A DNA stretch of 60,233 bases from Alloascoidea hylecoeti (lineage: Eukaryota): assembly GCA_001600815.1 (NCBI GenBank), contig BCKZ01000002.1:682001-742233 (forward strand). Direction: 5' to 3'. Positions 37,611-49,791 of the stretch are shown in pieces. A program made the position numbers and the translations under genes. Below the pieces are notes generated by a model. It was given only the letters and a program-made list of their open reading frames with translations. It was not told the DNA's origin and did no database searches. Each line of letters opens with the position of its first letter. Position 1 is the first letter of the stretch.

Positions 37611-38630
37611 TTATTCACTATTAAAGCGCTTGTTAGCACCAGTTAGGTCGATTATGTCTAAATCGGTAGGAGGAGTGTTGAAATTCAATGATGAAAGTTC
37701 ATCCAGACTATATGAAATGCTATTTGAAATACCAAGCCCTTGAGTGTTCCAATCAGATTTATTAGTTGAGGAAGAGATGGACGATCTTGAATTAAGATTG
37801 GGAACAGGTTCAGTGGTGCCCATAGAGGTAGATGACAGTTCTAAACCATATTGGGATGGAAAAAGGAATGGCGACTGTGATTGATATTCATTTATATTTT
37901 GAGGTAAATCCGTCGAAGCGATTGGCGGTGAAGGCAGCATTGATGGTATCGAAAGGTTAACCGCTAATTCATTACCATTATATTGCAAAGAACTAGTTAG
38001 ATCAGGGTATAGATATGGAACTGGGTATTCAATATTCGGATGAGGACCCATCATTGGCTCATTGTATACCTCCGGTGAGTGCTGGTGTGGAACGGATGGC
38101 GCCTGAAATTCAAAAGACATGTCTTGAGCTCCCCGAGATACTTGTTGAATATCCTGAGATAACGAGTCTAATGACGAGTCTAACGACAAGGAGTGGTTGT
38201 GTGTGGGTACTGTGGTGCCTAGAATATGGTTATTGTGGGGTGCAATAAGGTTACTGTTGACTTGATTGATTTTCTCATAAGAATTGAGTTGCATGTTAAC
38301 GACTTGGGTGGGCAATCTCTCCTGAGCTTGATATTTAGCACTATTTTGTTTTAAATCACCTTGCTTGTTAACGGTGTAAGAGCGTTCTTCGCTAAATTTA
38401 ATCTGTAGTTCATAATTGCAATATTTTTTAGCCTTGACACAATGAGAACAGTTTGGTTTTGTCTCATCGCACTATAGAGTAACAGTATGTGAGTATGGAT
38501 CTTAAACAATTTCTAAATAAGCGCATACTTTTAGTTTGCGTCTTTTGCACTCACGACATCCTTTTCTGCTATATGGTCTCTTTTTTGGAGGAGTAATGGG
38601 AATATTGGGATTTTCTTCTCTGTGAATCAT
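37611..38630 (-). CDS. Short Zn(II)2Cys6 transcription factor, about 320 aa; join(38529..38630,37611..38471)
   Basis: The spliced cluster reads RPYSRKGCRECKRRKLK|CDETKPNCSHCVKAKKYCNY. GTATGC..TAG intron at 38472..38528. In frame with ORF 37611..38315. Confidence 0.85.
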
Positions 38631-38877
38631 TGTTATCGGGATAACGTACAAAAAAAAAGAGATGGTGGATGCTTTAAATACTTTCTTTAAGATTCACAAA
38701 AAGAAATAAGATATAATAAGGTGCATGCAGACGCAGGTGCAGGTTGAAAATACGATAAGATTTAGAGTTGTGCTTGACGGGTAACCTGCGAGGGTTTTTG
38801 GGTTTAATTTTGTTCTTGCTCTTTTCTTTTCAACTTCCTAAAACAGAAGCCGCTTCAAGTTTTCTGTCTTTGCTACC

Positions 38878-41252
38878 ATGGCTGAAATTGAGAACAAACG
38901 TCCTCAGGATCCGAGGATCTCTAGCCCCCCTCCTACTCCTTGGCAGCTATACATTTTTGATTTAGTTATATGGTCCCTGAGTCGTATGTATTACCTTTGC
39001 TGATAATTATAAGATCTTATATGTCTAAACGGTACTAATAATATATCTCTTTTATATATACAGTCATTTTTGATTGTTTCTTTAGAGAAATTAGACCAAG
39101 AGGAGCTTTCAGAATCCCAAAGTCTGGGCCATTGATATTTGTGGCCGCTCCTCATGCAAATCAATTTGTCGATCCAATTCTGCTAATACGTCAAGTTCAA
39201 CTTGAATCTGGTAGAAGAACTTCATTTCTTGTTGCCGAGAAATCATATAGACAGAAATTTATTGGACTACTTGCAAAATTAGCTCTTGCAATTCCAGTTA
39301 CAAGAGCTCAGGATAATTTAAAAGCAGGCACAGGCAGGGTTTTTTTAAGAGACCCAATTAATGAATCTTGTAAAATTAACGGAATTGGTACAAAATTTAC
39401 TACAGAATTGATGGTGAAGGGTTTGTTGGGCTTACCGAAATCGGCCGGTAATGCGGAAGTACTTGAAATTATTTCTGATACTGAAGTTATAATTCGGAAA
39501 GAGTTCAAAAACCCAAAAGCATTGGATTTATTAACACAAAAGGGTGGATCAAGCTTTAAAAAAGCTGATAAAGTTGATCAATCTGAAGTTTATAATAGAG
39601 TGTTTGGACACCTAGCAACTGATGGCTGCTTAGGCATATTCCCTGAAGGAGGTTCACATGATCGCACAGATTTATTACCATTAAAGGCTGGTGTCGCAAT
39701 TATGGCCCTCGGCGCTATGGCTGAATATCCTAATTGTGATGTTAAAATTATACCATGTGGGATGAATTACTTCCACCCCAACAAATTTCGATCCAGAGCT
39801 GTAATTGAATTTGGTCATCCAATTACAATACCGAAAGATGTAGTTCAAAAATACAAAAATGGTAATCATAGAGAAGCAGTTAAAGTATTATTAGATCAGG
39901 TAACTGATGGATTAAAAGCGGTCACAGTAACATGCCCAGATTTTGAAACTTTGATGGTCATTCAAGCCGCTCGTCGATTACATCCAAGAGCACAATCAAA
40001 AGTTCCATTACCATTAATTATTGAATTTAATCGTCGTCTTGTTATTGGCTATAATACATTTAAGGAAAATCCAAAAATTCAACATTTAAAAGAAGCAGTT
40101 TTGGAATATAACCAACAATTAAAAAATGTTGGGTTACCTGATCACCAAGTTGAAGTTACAAATAGTACTGAATTTCATGTTGTATTTGGAAAATTAATTT
40201 TTAGAAGTGTTAAATTATTATTATTAATCATTGGAAGTTTACCAGGAACTTTATTATTTGCCCCTGTTTTCTTCGCAACAAAAAGAATCTCTCAAAAAAA
40301 GGCAGCTCAAGCTTTAGCAGGTTCAACTGTTAAAATCAAAGCAAATGATGTTGTTGCAACATGGAAGATTTTAGTGGGAATGGGATTAACCCCAATGTTA
40401 TATCTTTTTTATTCAATTTTATCAACATATATTAGTTGGAAATATAATTTAATTAATATTAAACTACCAATTAATAAAATATTATTAACATTTATTGGCT
40501 CATTTATATTATTTTCATCATTATCTTTTGCAGCTTTAAGGACTGGTGAAATTGGTATGGATATTTTCAAATCTTTAAGACCACTATACTTATCATTAGT
40601 TGGTGATCAAATTTCTTTAAAACAATTAAAAACAAAAAGAAGAGAATTAAGTCAAGAAGTAACTGAAATTGTACATGAATTTGGGCCTAAATTATTCAAA
40701 GATTTTGATAAATGGAAAATTATTAAACAAGGTCATACAGACGAAGAAGAAGAAAATATTACTCAACGCGCTAGACAAAGAAGAGAAGAAAGAAGAAAAG
40801 CTGCCAAGTTGGCTCAATTACAAGAATCATCATCATCTACTGATGTTGAAGATGAAACTAGGAATAGATCGTCGAGCGATGTTTCTTCAACAACCGCTAA
40901 CACTGAAACTGACAATGAAGAATTTATTAATATCAGAAGACATGATTCTACTACATCAATTACTTCAAGTGAATCAAATGCTATTTCTCGTATGAATTCA
41001 CAAAACTCTCTTTCAAATATTCCTTTGTTTAATGAGTATCAACTATCTGAAAATGGTCCATCTGGTGCGATTTCTACACATTTTGAAGGGAGTTCACCAG
41101 AACTACTAAAACAAAATGGTATGTATAGCTCAGGTGTAGCTTTCCATAATGATTTAAGCCAACGAATACGTGGTGCTATGGCTGAAAAGCAACGAAGTAA
41201 AAAGATTTATATAGAAGGGGATAGTGATGAAGAAGAAGAGGATAGTGATTAA
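38878..41252 (+). CDS. SCT1: Glycerol-3-phosphate/DHAP acyltransferase (Sct1/Gpt2 family); join(38878..38983,39064..41252)
   Basis: APHANQFVDP, GIFPEGGSHDR, NYFHPNKFRSRAVIEFG. A GTATGT..TACTAAT..CAG intron at 38984..39063 restores WSLSLIFDCFFREIRPRGAFRIP. Confidence 0.9.
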
Positions 41253-41706
41253 TGCTTGCATCTTTTATATATGATAAATAAATATTCTTTATATTGTTTT
41301 TGTGACTTATCACAATATTAATGTAGTATAACCATCACGTGTGCACTCGACTAGCATAAGATAGAATCGAATGATGCATTTCTTCGCTTGATAAACTATT
41401 GCTTGCTGTGAAATAACAAATAATTTAGATGTGCTAGCATTGTTGCTATATATTTATATATTTATGTTTTATAAATATCCTGGGGGGACGCATATTTTCT
41501 AATGGTAACAAAAATGCTATTCAAAGTTATATGTAGTTGCTAACCACCAAACACCGGATAATCAAAACTCAGTATAATAAAAACGATAGGTCTAGGGACA
41601 GTGCTCATCATCCACCATCCGCATCACACCCAATCATACCTATTTACGCACATATTACTACATTATTCAGCTCTAATATCACGTCAGGCTGGACTGTGCC
41701 CCCAAA

Positions 41707-43583
41707 ATGTATACCCAAACCCCTCCTTCCATGGCTACTAGATTCTCGGAGCGAAAGCGAGTCGTTCGAGATGACGATGATGATGATTATGAAATTAGTG
41801 AACATATAAACGGTCCTCCTTTAAAAATTAATGTCAAGCTTCGAAGTGCGGAACGATCAGCCTTTAATTCTGTCCAAAATGATCACAACGTTCAAAATGA
41901 TAATTACTTAACCCCCAAAACTGAATCTTCAGATAAAACTCAAATGGGGAAACGAAAGACATTCGAGTTTGGTATGAATCAATCAATCCATCAATCATTT
42001 GCTTTATTTAATAGTATTCTAATGCTTTATAACAATAGCCGAAACAACTGATGAAATTCTTGCTAAATATTCTGATCAATCTCCGAGTATTGAATTTCAC
42101 ATTCACAAAAATCATTTTCGATTTGGAAATCAGGTATGTAATCTAATAAATCCTATTTTTATATATTTTCACCTTGTATAAGAGTGGATGACTGACAAAT
42201 TTCAATCTAGGACGGTGTTATAGCGAAAAATAATCCAATTATAAAAGTATGCAGCAAGAATATATATTTTTTCGTTCACTCGCTGAAGAATAATACTAAT
42301 CAAACCTACAGACATTTCTAGAAAGTATGCTACGAGAAGAGCTTCCAGCAGCAGCCTCAGAGGTTTTGAAAGAAGCTGGTGTGATATTTTATGATGGTTG
42401 TATAATAGTTAAGGTCATTGATCATAGACATGCTCAAGCGAGGAAAGGCCATTCAGAAAATGCCCCTCCAAATCAGAATGGAAGTGCTAATAACGATAAC
42501 ACTAATAATACTAATAATAGTAATAATAAATCAATAAATAACACAGAGTCTAAGTCAACTAATAATCAAGAAAATAATAGTACAAGTCCAAACGCAGAAG
42601 AATCAGAAGATGATTCTGATAGCCAGGTTAAAAGTTATAGAACTTTATTACGCCCAACACCATTGAGTTTATGGAATGATCTTTTATGCATGACAGATTT
42701 AAATAATAATCTTTTAACAGAACCTTTGGCAACATATTTAGAGTCAGAAATTCTTAATTTTACATATCGAAATGTGGACATGACAGTACCTTTAAATCCT
42801 TATAAATACCCAGAATTACCACTCGAAAGACCTTACCCGACAATTGAGGAACTCAAAGCCAAAGGAATTCCAATACAAGAATCATCTCTACATTTATATA
42901 GACAAGAATGTGAAAAGGAGCCAAGACAACTACACGAAGACTTGCCTCAAAATAACAGTGAATATGAAGAATTAATGCTAATTATGGATGATCATCACGC
43001 CTCAACAACTGCTACAGATACATCATCTGGTCAATTCCTTAGGTTGGGCTTTATTGAGCAATGGCGTAAAAAACGAGAACGATATAAAATGCAAACAAGA
43101 CAAGCTCAAATACAAACAAGACAAGCTCAAATTCAACAGCAGCAACAGCAACAGCAACAACAACGTTTGATGCAAATGCACCAACAGCAACTTCAAAACC
43201 AAATTAAAAGTAAAATTATGATGCAGCAACAGCAACAGCAACAGTTTCAACCAAGTCAACAGCAGCAAAATGGGATGATGCGTTCTGATTCTCCCCAAAG
43301 CTATAGAGCTGGATCGATAGATCAAGGGTCGCCAGTAATGAATGGTATGGTAAATTCTAGAGGGTCTACTCCTGGGGGCTCTATCAATGGAGGAAGTAGA
43401 GAATCAAAATCTCAAATAAACAAAAGACGGTATAATAAAGTAAAGAAAGAGAGGATTTCAGGAAAAACTTTACCTGGCCATTCACCCAAAGCAGGTAAAT
43501 CCCTTCCTGGGTATGGAAACAAGGGAATTCCTATAACTAATAATTCAAAAACAACAAAAAGGAAGTCTAACACGAAAAGGTGA
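41707..43583 (+). CDS. SPT20: SAGA complex subunit Spt20; join(41707..41971,42039..42133,42211..42246,42312..43583)
   Basis: FAETTDEILAKY..PSIEFHIH..HFRFGNQDG, FYDGCIIVKVIDHR, YRTLLRPTPLSLW and a polyQ tail. Three canonical short introns keep the frame. Confidence 0.85.
43092..43268 (+). repeat. Coding repeats in SPT20: duplicated QTRQAQI and CAA/CAG polyglutamine tracts
   Basis: Direct repeat CAAACAAGACAAGCTCAAAT x2, followed by mixed CAA/CAG runs. Confidence 0.8.
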
Positions 43584-44321
43584 TACTTTTAATATTTATT
43601 TTAATATACCAGATTTTAAATTGACAATATGGACTATTTGAGTTGCTTGAATCCTATTCTATTAATTAACTGATATCCCATAATACTGAGATGTATGTAA
43701 CTACCTCTTGTCCTCCGTTAATTACTATTAGTTAGGAATTTAAACCTAAAGTAAACAAATTAATTACTTAATGATTTTTTTATATGTATTGTTAGATAAG
43801 TGAATATATATAGTTTGTTGTTTGATTATAATCAAGCTTTGTTTTAGTACTCAATCAGCTACCTGGTTGAATTTGTATTTGTGCTGTTTATAGCTATTAA
43901 TGTTCTATAATACTAGTAGTTTTTTATTAAGGCTAAGGTTCCAATGAGCCAGATTATTCAGTCTACGGCGGTCACATTGAACTTGATACACCCGGAGGAG
44001 TTTTTTTTTTCACGACTTCGCAACCGTCAACAATGGCAAATCCATAAGTTCCCTCTGATAATTTGTATCAATAGATAAATAAGTGAGACTACTAAACGCC
44101 AATGGCAAGAAGTCATCTTGAGCTAGATTGATATGTAGAACTTAGAAGCCGGGTTGGCCTGTTTGTTCAACTCTCATTTATCGTATCTATCGTATCCACC
44201 ACAAAATTTTGATATCTCTATTCCAAATGTACCTACACTAAAGTTACTAAATTAAATAAAAACAAACTACAATCCGAACTAAAATCATACTATGTGCTAC
44301 GGAAGTTTTATGTCTTAATCC

Positions 44322-44581
44322 TGGGTTGTGTCTCTTACAGAGAGCCGCGCATCGCCAAAAACTTTTGACTCGAGGGTCACGACCAACCCAAACCAAACTT
44401 TAGAGGTCGAACATGCTCAAAGGTCGGTTATGAGCACAAAAGAGTGCTTTGAGCTCGCCAATTTTATTTTTCAAAATGTCTCAAGCTCGGTAGGTCCAAA
44501 ATTAGTGTACTCGTTGTGATGCTCGCCAAGGGCCCAGGCTCTGGCTCGACTGCTCGGTGATGGGTTTGCGCGCACAACCTA
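44322..44581. mobile_element. Putative MITE or hAT-end-like element, about 260 bp
   Basis: GC-rich island bounded by TGGGTTGTG and CACAACCTA (8/9 inverted match), with several GCTCG-type subterminal motifs. No clear target-site duplication. Confidence 0.4.
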
Positions 44582-44955
44582 CATAAAATATTTGATCAAC
44601 GAAAAGGTTTTAAACTTTAATACGATTATTAGCCTATAGATTAGAAGATAAACTAATCATGACGAAGAACTGAACTGTAGAATATGGCGATGCTATGTAG
44701 CTATAGACATACTTAAAGTTAACATATCTGAAATCTGTTGTAATTGATCTTAATTATACAAATATATATATCTATATATATATATATATTTCTGTATATC
44801 TTTATTTAAATTAATATATTATTTTGATTGCAATATTAGTACAACATTTTAGCATATGTAGTACCATAGTATGTACCTGATCATTAAAGTGCCTATAAAT
44901 GAAAATAGAAATTAAGTGTAAACGTATCAGTTATTAATATTACTCTTAGTAATTC

Positions 44956-46758
44956 TTATATGGATTCAAAACCTTCCTTAACCCTTTCAAACTCCAGTTT
45001 AAAAGCAATGTTTAATTTCCCAAAAGCGGCTTCTCCTAAGTTATTTTCTTTAATCAAAGCCAGAATAGTGAAAGCGAACTGCCTTATCCTCTTCCCATGA
45101 AATAACCCCATTGCAATATATTCCATCCTTTCATTTGCTATTAACAAGCTATGACATAACTTTTCCACAGCTTCTGTACCACGTAAAAAAGTTTGTAGTG
45201 CAACAAACATTGTATCAGTCTCTTCTTTGCCCAATTCTCCACAAGCATTTTTGTCTAGGTGATAATCTAAATCTATCCAATCTCCAGCAGAATTCGCATA
45301 AACAGTTGGTATTTCTGATACCACCCCTGTATTATTCTGTATTAGATTCACATAAGATTGAATCATTGGTAGTCTTCGTTGAATAGCTATTTCTTTTATT
45401 GATTCATTTTTCCAACAATAACCATAACCAGATAGAATAGGTGCCTTGGGTAAATTATGATAAATAACATCTTTTAAATTACTGTTGTAAGACGTAGCCA
45501 TTCTAAGAAATTCTAGAATATATTTCTGACATTGTATCCTAATGGCTCTATCGTCATCCATTATTTCTTGTAGTGTAGTTATTAAGTCCAAAAATCTTTT
45601 ATCCTCTTCTATTAAATCGGTATGAAGTGTATTCAAGTAGAAATCTGAGTTTATATTAGGATTAGTACTATCTTGAAAATTTCCCTGCTCCGATATATAC
45701 ATTGTATTTTCTTCTACATCATAAAGTAAGTCCCACCATTGGGGATGATTCTTGAAGGCAGGGTTTAAAACACCCGCAATATATTGATGATTAAGAGAAA
45801 GAATTTCATCTATCTTACTGAGATCCGTGTATGGGAAGCATGAGTAGCGATAACCTTCTAATAAACCTGATTTCGCTATAGAATAAAGTGAGAGGGAATA
45901 CTGTACCATGTCATAAGAAGAACTTGTCCCATGTCCCAGAAATACAATTCTTTTCCCTAGTATAAGTGCATTGAGTAAAACAAGTAAAGGAGGTGTGGTT
46001 ATACCATATGGTGTTAATTCAGGGCTAATGGAATTAAATGTGGCATTTCCTTTTAATACTAAAAGTAATAACTTTTTAACTGAAAATTCACCAATGTCTC
46101 CAGGAAACAAGGTGTAAGGAATTCTCATAGGTATGGATAATCCATCATAGTCGATAAGCCTTTCAAATGATAAATCTTGTGATTGTGAACGATTTCCTCT
46201 ATATGAATCATAACTTATAGACATGTCATTCTGGACTTGATTAAATATATCAAAATTAACGCGATTTATGTTTTTATAAAGTTCAGCCAACGGCTCTATT
46301 GTACCTAAATCAAAGTATTTATTGATACAAAGGAATAACAGAGGCTTAAAAATTCTAAAGAAACTGAATGGGGTAACAATCGCAACAGATTTTATAGCGA
46401 CACCTCTTGTTAATTGCTTATTGAATTTAGTTTTCACCAGATTGTAAACATAGTAAGTTTTAGGAGAACTTATGACTTCGGCATTCGTTTGATCTGTAAC
46501 AATATTGGATGGACTAACTGTATATCTTAAAACATTATCATGACCGTCTTGAAAGTTTGCTTCGTGTAGTATTATCACCGTCATATCCTCGTCTCTTGAA
46601 TGCGACTGATCAGGTATCATCAACTCAGCCAAATCCGGCAGCTCCTTCTTTCCAGCAGAAGGAGGATATTGATATTTAAGCACAGGTCCTGAGCTTGTAC
46701 TGAACTCTGCTGCCATGACATATCTAACATTCTGTATCTTTGCATTCTTAATTGTCAT
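44956..46758 (-). CDS. AFI1: Arf3-interacting polarity protein Afi1/MesA (DENN-like)
   Basis: VRYVMAAEF...GPVLKYQYP, LAELMIPDQSHSRDEDMT, RGVAIKSVAIVT, LLNALILGKRIVFLG, FPYTDLSKID. Likely ATG is 46758; an in-frame upstream ATG lies at 46890. Confidence 0.85.
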   Translation of the reverse strand: MTIKNAKIQNVRYVMAAEFSTSSGPVLKYQYPPSAGKKELPDLAELMIPDQSHSRDEDMTVIILHEANFQDGHDNVLRYTVSPSNIVTDQTNAEVISSPKTYYVYNLVKTKFNKQLTRGVAIKSVAIVTPFSFFRIFKPLLFLCINKYFDLGTIEPLAELYKNINRVNFDIFNQVQNDMSISYDSYRGNRSQSQDLSFERLIDYDGLSIPMRIPYTLFPGDIGEFSVKKLLLLVLKGNATFNSISPELTPYGITTPPLLVLLNALILGKRIVFLGHGTSSSYDMVQYSLSLYSIAKSGLLEGYRYSCFPYTDLSKIDEILSLNHQYIAGVLNPAFKNHPQWWDLLYDVEENTMYISEQGNFQDSTNPNINSDFYLNTLHTDLIEEDKRFLDLITTLQEIMDDDRAIRIQCQKYILEFLRMATSYNSNLKDVIYHNLPKAPILSGYGYCWKNESIKEIAIQRRLPMIQSYVNLIQNNTGVVSEIPTVYANSAGDWIDLDYHLDKNACGELGKEETDTMFVALQTFLRGTEAVEKLCHSLLIANERMEYIAMGLFHGKRIRQFAFTILALIKENNLGEAAFGKLNIAFKLEFERVKEGFESI

Positions 46759-46935
46759 GATGTCTATCTGAAGGGTGTCATGTAAGACCCTTTTCTTGTT
46801 TATAGTTGGAACTTTAGTCTTAATGTGGTTGTTACCCGGTCGTAACGTCGACTCTTTCTCCCCTCGTAAATTTCCCCCTTTCTTTTCCATTCATCTCTCG
46901 TCTCCAACCACACTTCTAAAACTATTATTATTACG

Positions 46936-48614
46936 ATGTCTACTCTTGATAAATCTCTTGATGAAATTATTGCTGCTAAGCCAAGAAAGGCCAGTTTTCG
47001 CCGTAAGGCTATTGTCAAAGGTGGCGTAAAAAAGCCCACTACAAAATCTAAGGCGACCAAACCAGCTGCTCCTAAGCATGCTCCTACTGCCCCATTCAGC
47101 TCTTCTTATTCATCAGATAAAGTCATCATATCGAACTTGGTATGTATTTGTTACCTTTTTGGGCGTTATTTTGTCGAGTCATGTTACTAACTTTTACATA
47201 GCCTCTCGATATTGATCAACAAGCAATCAAGGTACGTTGAAGCGCAACATGCGATTCAAAACCTGACAGAGTATCAGGTTCATTTCAAGATCCAACAAAA
47301 GATATGCTTTGAATGTTCATAAACATTTTCAAAAAAAAGCGTTCAACTGAAAATGATAAAACATGCGATTATGCTTTTTTTTTTTTTTTCCCCTCTTAGT
47401 GGAATGGAATACAGTGGAATTGTTCTGTTTGACTTGGACCCATTGTTTTCGAACACCGACTAATGCTTGATTGTGAATTGATATTTACTATCACCTATAT
47501 TTCTCTGAGATGTGTTTAATCTATTATGTCTATTGTCTAAAATTATTGAGGTTATTTTAAGGTGCTGTCAATAAATTACGGTTGGCGTTCGTTTGTTATT
47601 TAATTTGGCGTTGGTGATTATGTGTCGTTGATTTATTGCCATTTTTGTTGTTGGGGGAAACTTACGTCATATTGACAGAGACAAAGAATAACATAGATTG
47701 AACTCATTGAATTAGGGTGAGCTGAACATGAAAGTGATTTTCATGAGCTGGCTTTCAAGAATTGTTTAAAAATCTTGCGGTTGGGTTAACTACTTCGTTA
47801 AGCAAAGTACAGTTGTTAAATAACAAGAACAAAAGGGTCAGTTCCCATTGTTGGGCAAAAGTTATAACGACTAATGGAAATGCGGAAGTGTTAACTGGGT
47901 AGAAGGAGGAGCTTTCATGCTGTATTTTGTTCCACTCTTTTTATTGCGAATGACTTCAATGGATGTGAGAGTCTTAATTTTCAACTATCCCTGATACCTT
48001 TGCCTTTATTTCAAACTTATTTACAACCGAATTGCAAAATCGCTGGATCTGATATCTTTTTTACTTTGCTCAACTTAATTCAGAACTAGAATTTAATATT
48101 TTTTTAATAGGAATATTTTCAAGCCTGGGTCGGTCCAATTGCTAAGCTCAACTTGAGTTACAACTCTAAGGGTAAATCAACAGGTGTTTGTAGTGTTATT
48201 TTCAGGAATAAGTTAGATGCTACTAAAGCCGTTCAAAACTACAATGGTGTTGATATTGATAACGGTAAAAACAAGTTAAAGGTAAGTTAAGTTCAACAGA
48301 TATATTTAAGTGATCGTTTTGTTAACGATATATAGGTTGAACTTGTTGTTGATCCAAGCAAGAAGCCGTTAGCAGCAAGACTCTCCCCAAAAGAGCAAAA
48401 GTGAGTATTTTATACAAAATCAATTCATCATTCGAGATAATAAATCTAACATAAATTATTACTATAAAGGAAGGAAGTTAGTAAAGGTCCAAGACCAGCG
48501 GTTAAGAAGCCAGCTACTAAAAAGAAGGATGCCCCAAAGAAAAAGGCAAGACGTCCAAAAAAGACTGTTGAAGAGCTTGATGCTGAAATGAATGATTATT
48601 TTGAAACTAAATAA
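46936..48614 (+). CDS. YRA1: mRNA export adaptor Yra1 (ALY/REF); join(46936..47139,47202..47231,48111..48281,48336..48400,48470..48614)
   Basis: N-box MSTLDKSLDEII, RRM (KVIISNLPLDIDQQAIKEYF...YNSKGKSTG) and C-box KTVEELDAEMNDYF. Four introns keep the frame. Confidence 0.92.
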
Positions 48615-48809
48615 GTTTGTTAAGTTAATCAAGTGATAACTTTGCCTTTTTGTATTATATTTTACCTTCTGAAATTTAAGAAAGATGGATCCTTATATTA
48701 TTAAATATATTAAGTGAAATAAGATGTTTTATTTATGTAAATGAAGACTACGTCAGTCTATAGATTTGTAGATGTAATCTAGATCTAGAGTTATTAACGG
48801 TTGACTAAG

Positions 48810-49416
48810 TTATTTGAAAAACCCAGTTGAAAATCGATCACCTTGTTTTCTCGACTAGGCAAAATTTATGGTGTTAAATGGTTTGGACTTAATATTGAAC
48901 GAATATGTAGATATCTTACCATATAACTTGTTCCTGTTCCTTCATATTCACTCTTTCGACTCGCTGATATCTCTGGATTCGGAGCTGGGAAGCCAGGTTT
49001 AATAAATGCCGAATTACTGTAATCCTCATTGTATGGTTGGTCTTCATCCTCATCTATAACTTACTGTTAGCATTGTACAGGGGGTCTCTGAATGGTTGAT
49101 TATTATTCTCTAGAGAAATCAGAACATACAAGCTGATCCAACTGGATTGAATTTTTGAATTTTTCTTTGATTAATTATCCTTTATATTATCTTTGCATTA
49201 GTTGACACCATCAACTAAAATGATATGAAAATAATATGCAATAATATAACATACGTTTTGGCAATGATGAATGTTGTTGCTCCGATAGCACTAGATACTC
49301 CAAGAATAGTCCTATGAGGAAAAATTAGTCATGGATGCTTAGAAATTAAATAGACCCTATCAAAACACTTACCAGAACTTTTTTGTAGACTTCAAGAAGT
49401 TCATAGATGTCGACAT
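48810..49416 (-). CDS. Small uncharacterised single-TM protein, 109 aa; join(49373..49416,49255..49311,49130..49179,48920..49053,48810..48854)
   Basis: Four introns (GTAAGT, GTATGT, GTATGT, GTAAGA donors; TAG/AAG acceptors) give a 330-nt stop-free CDS, MSTSMNFLKSTKKFWTILGVSSAIGATTFIIAK...RKSEYEGTGTSYMSRKQGDRFSTGFFK. Confidence 0.75.
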
Positions 49417-49658
49417 TTTGGAAGTAATTGAACTTTTTTAACGGTAGCAGTGTTGCTGAAAATAAATGAGGTGATGAGATTGGTGATCCTTTGGCGTATA
49501 ATTCATACTGATAGAGTAACAATCAGAAATATTCTCCACCACACATAAGTTTAATACATCAAGCAATTTCTAATTAATTTGAATGAAAATTCTTTGGATA
49601 TAGCCCTCTGGGCGTCACTGGCTAGAAAAATACATTCCAAAGAAACACAAAAAATTGA

Positions 49659-49739
49659 CGACACCAGCAGGACTCGAACCTGCGCGGGAAATCCCAAAAG
49701 ATTTCTAATCTTTCGCCTTAACCGCTCGGCCATAGTGCC
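49659..49739 (-). tRNA. tRNA-Ser(AGA)
   Basis: Cloverleaf GGCACTA...TGGTGTC-G, anticodon arm AAAGA-TT-AGA-AA-TCTTT, long variable arm, GGTTCGAGTCC, and an oligo-T terminator just downstream. Confidence 0.97.
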
Positions 49740-49791
49740 CAATTTGTTGCTCTTCAAAAGCGTCTTTACTAGATGTCATGTAAGCTTGGAT

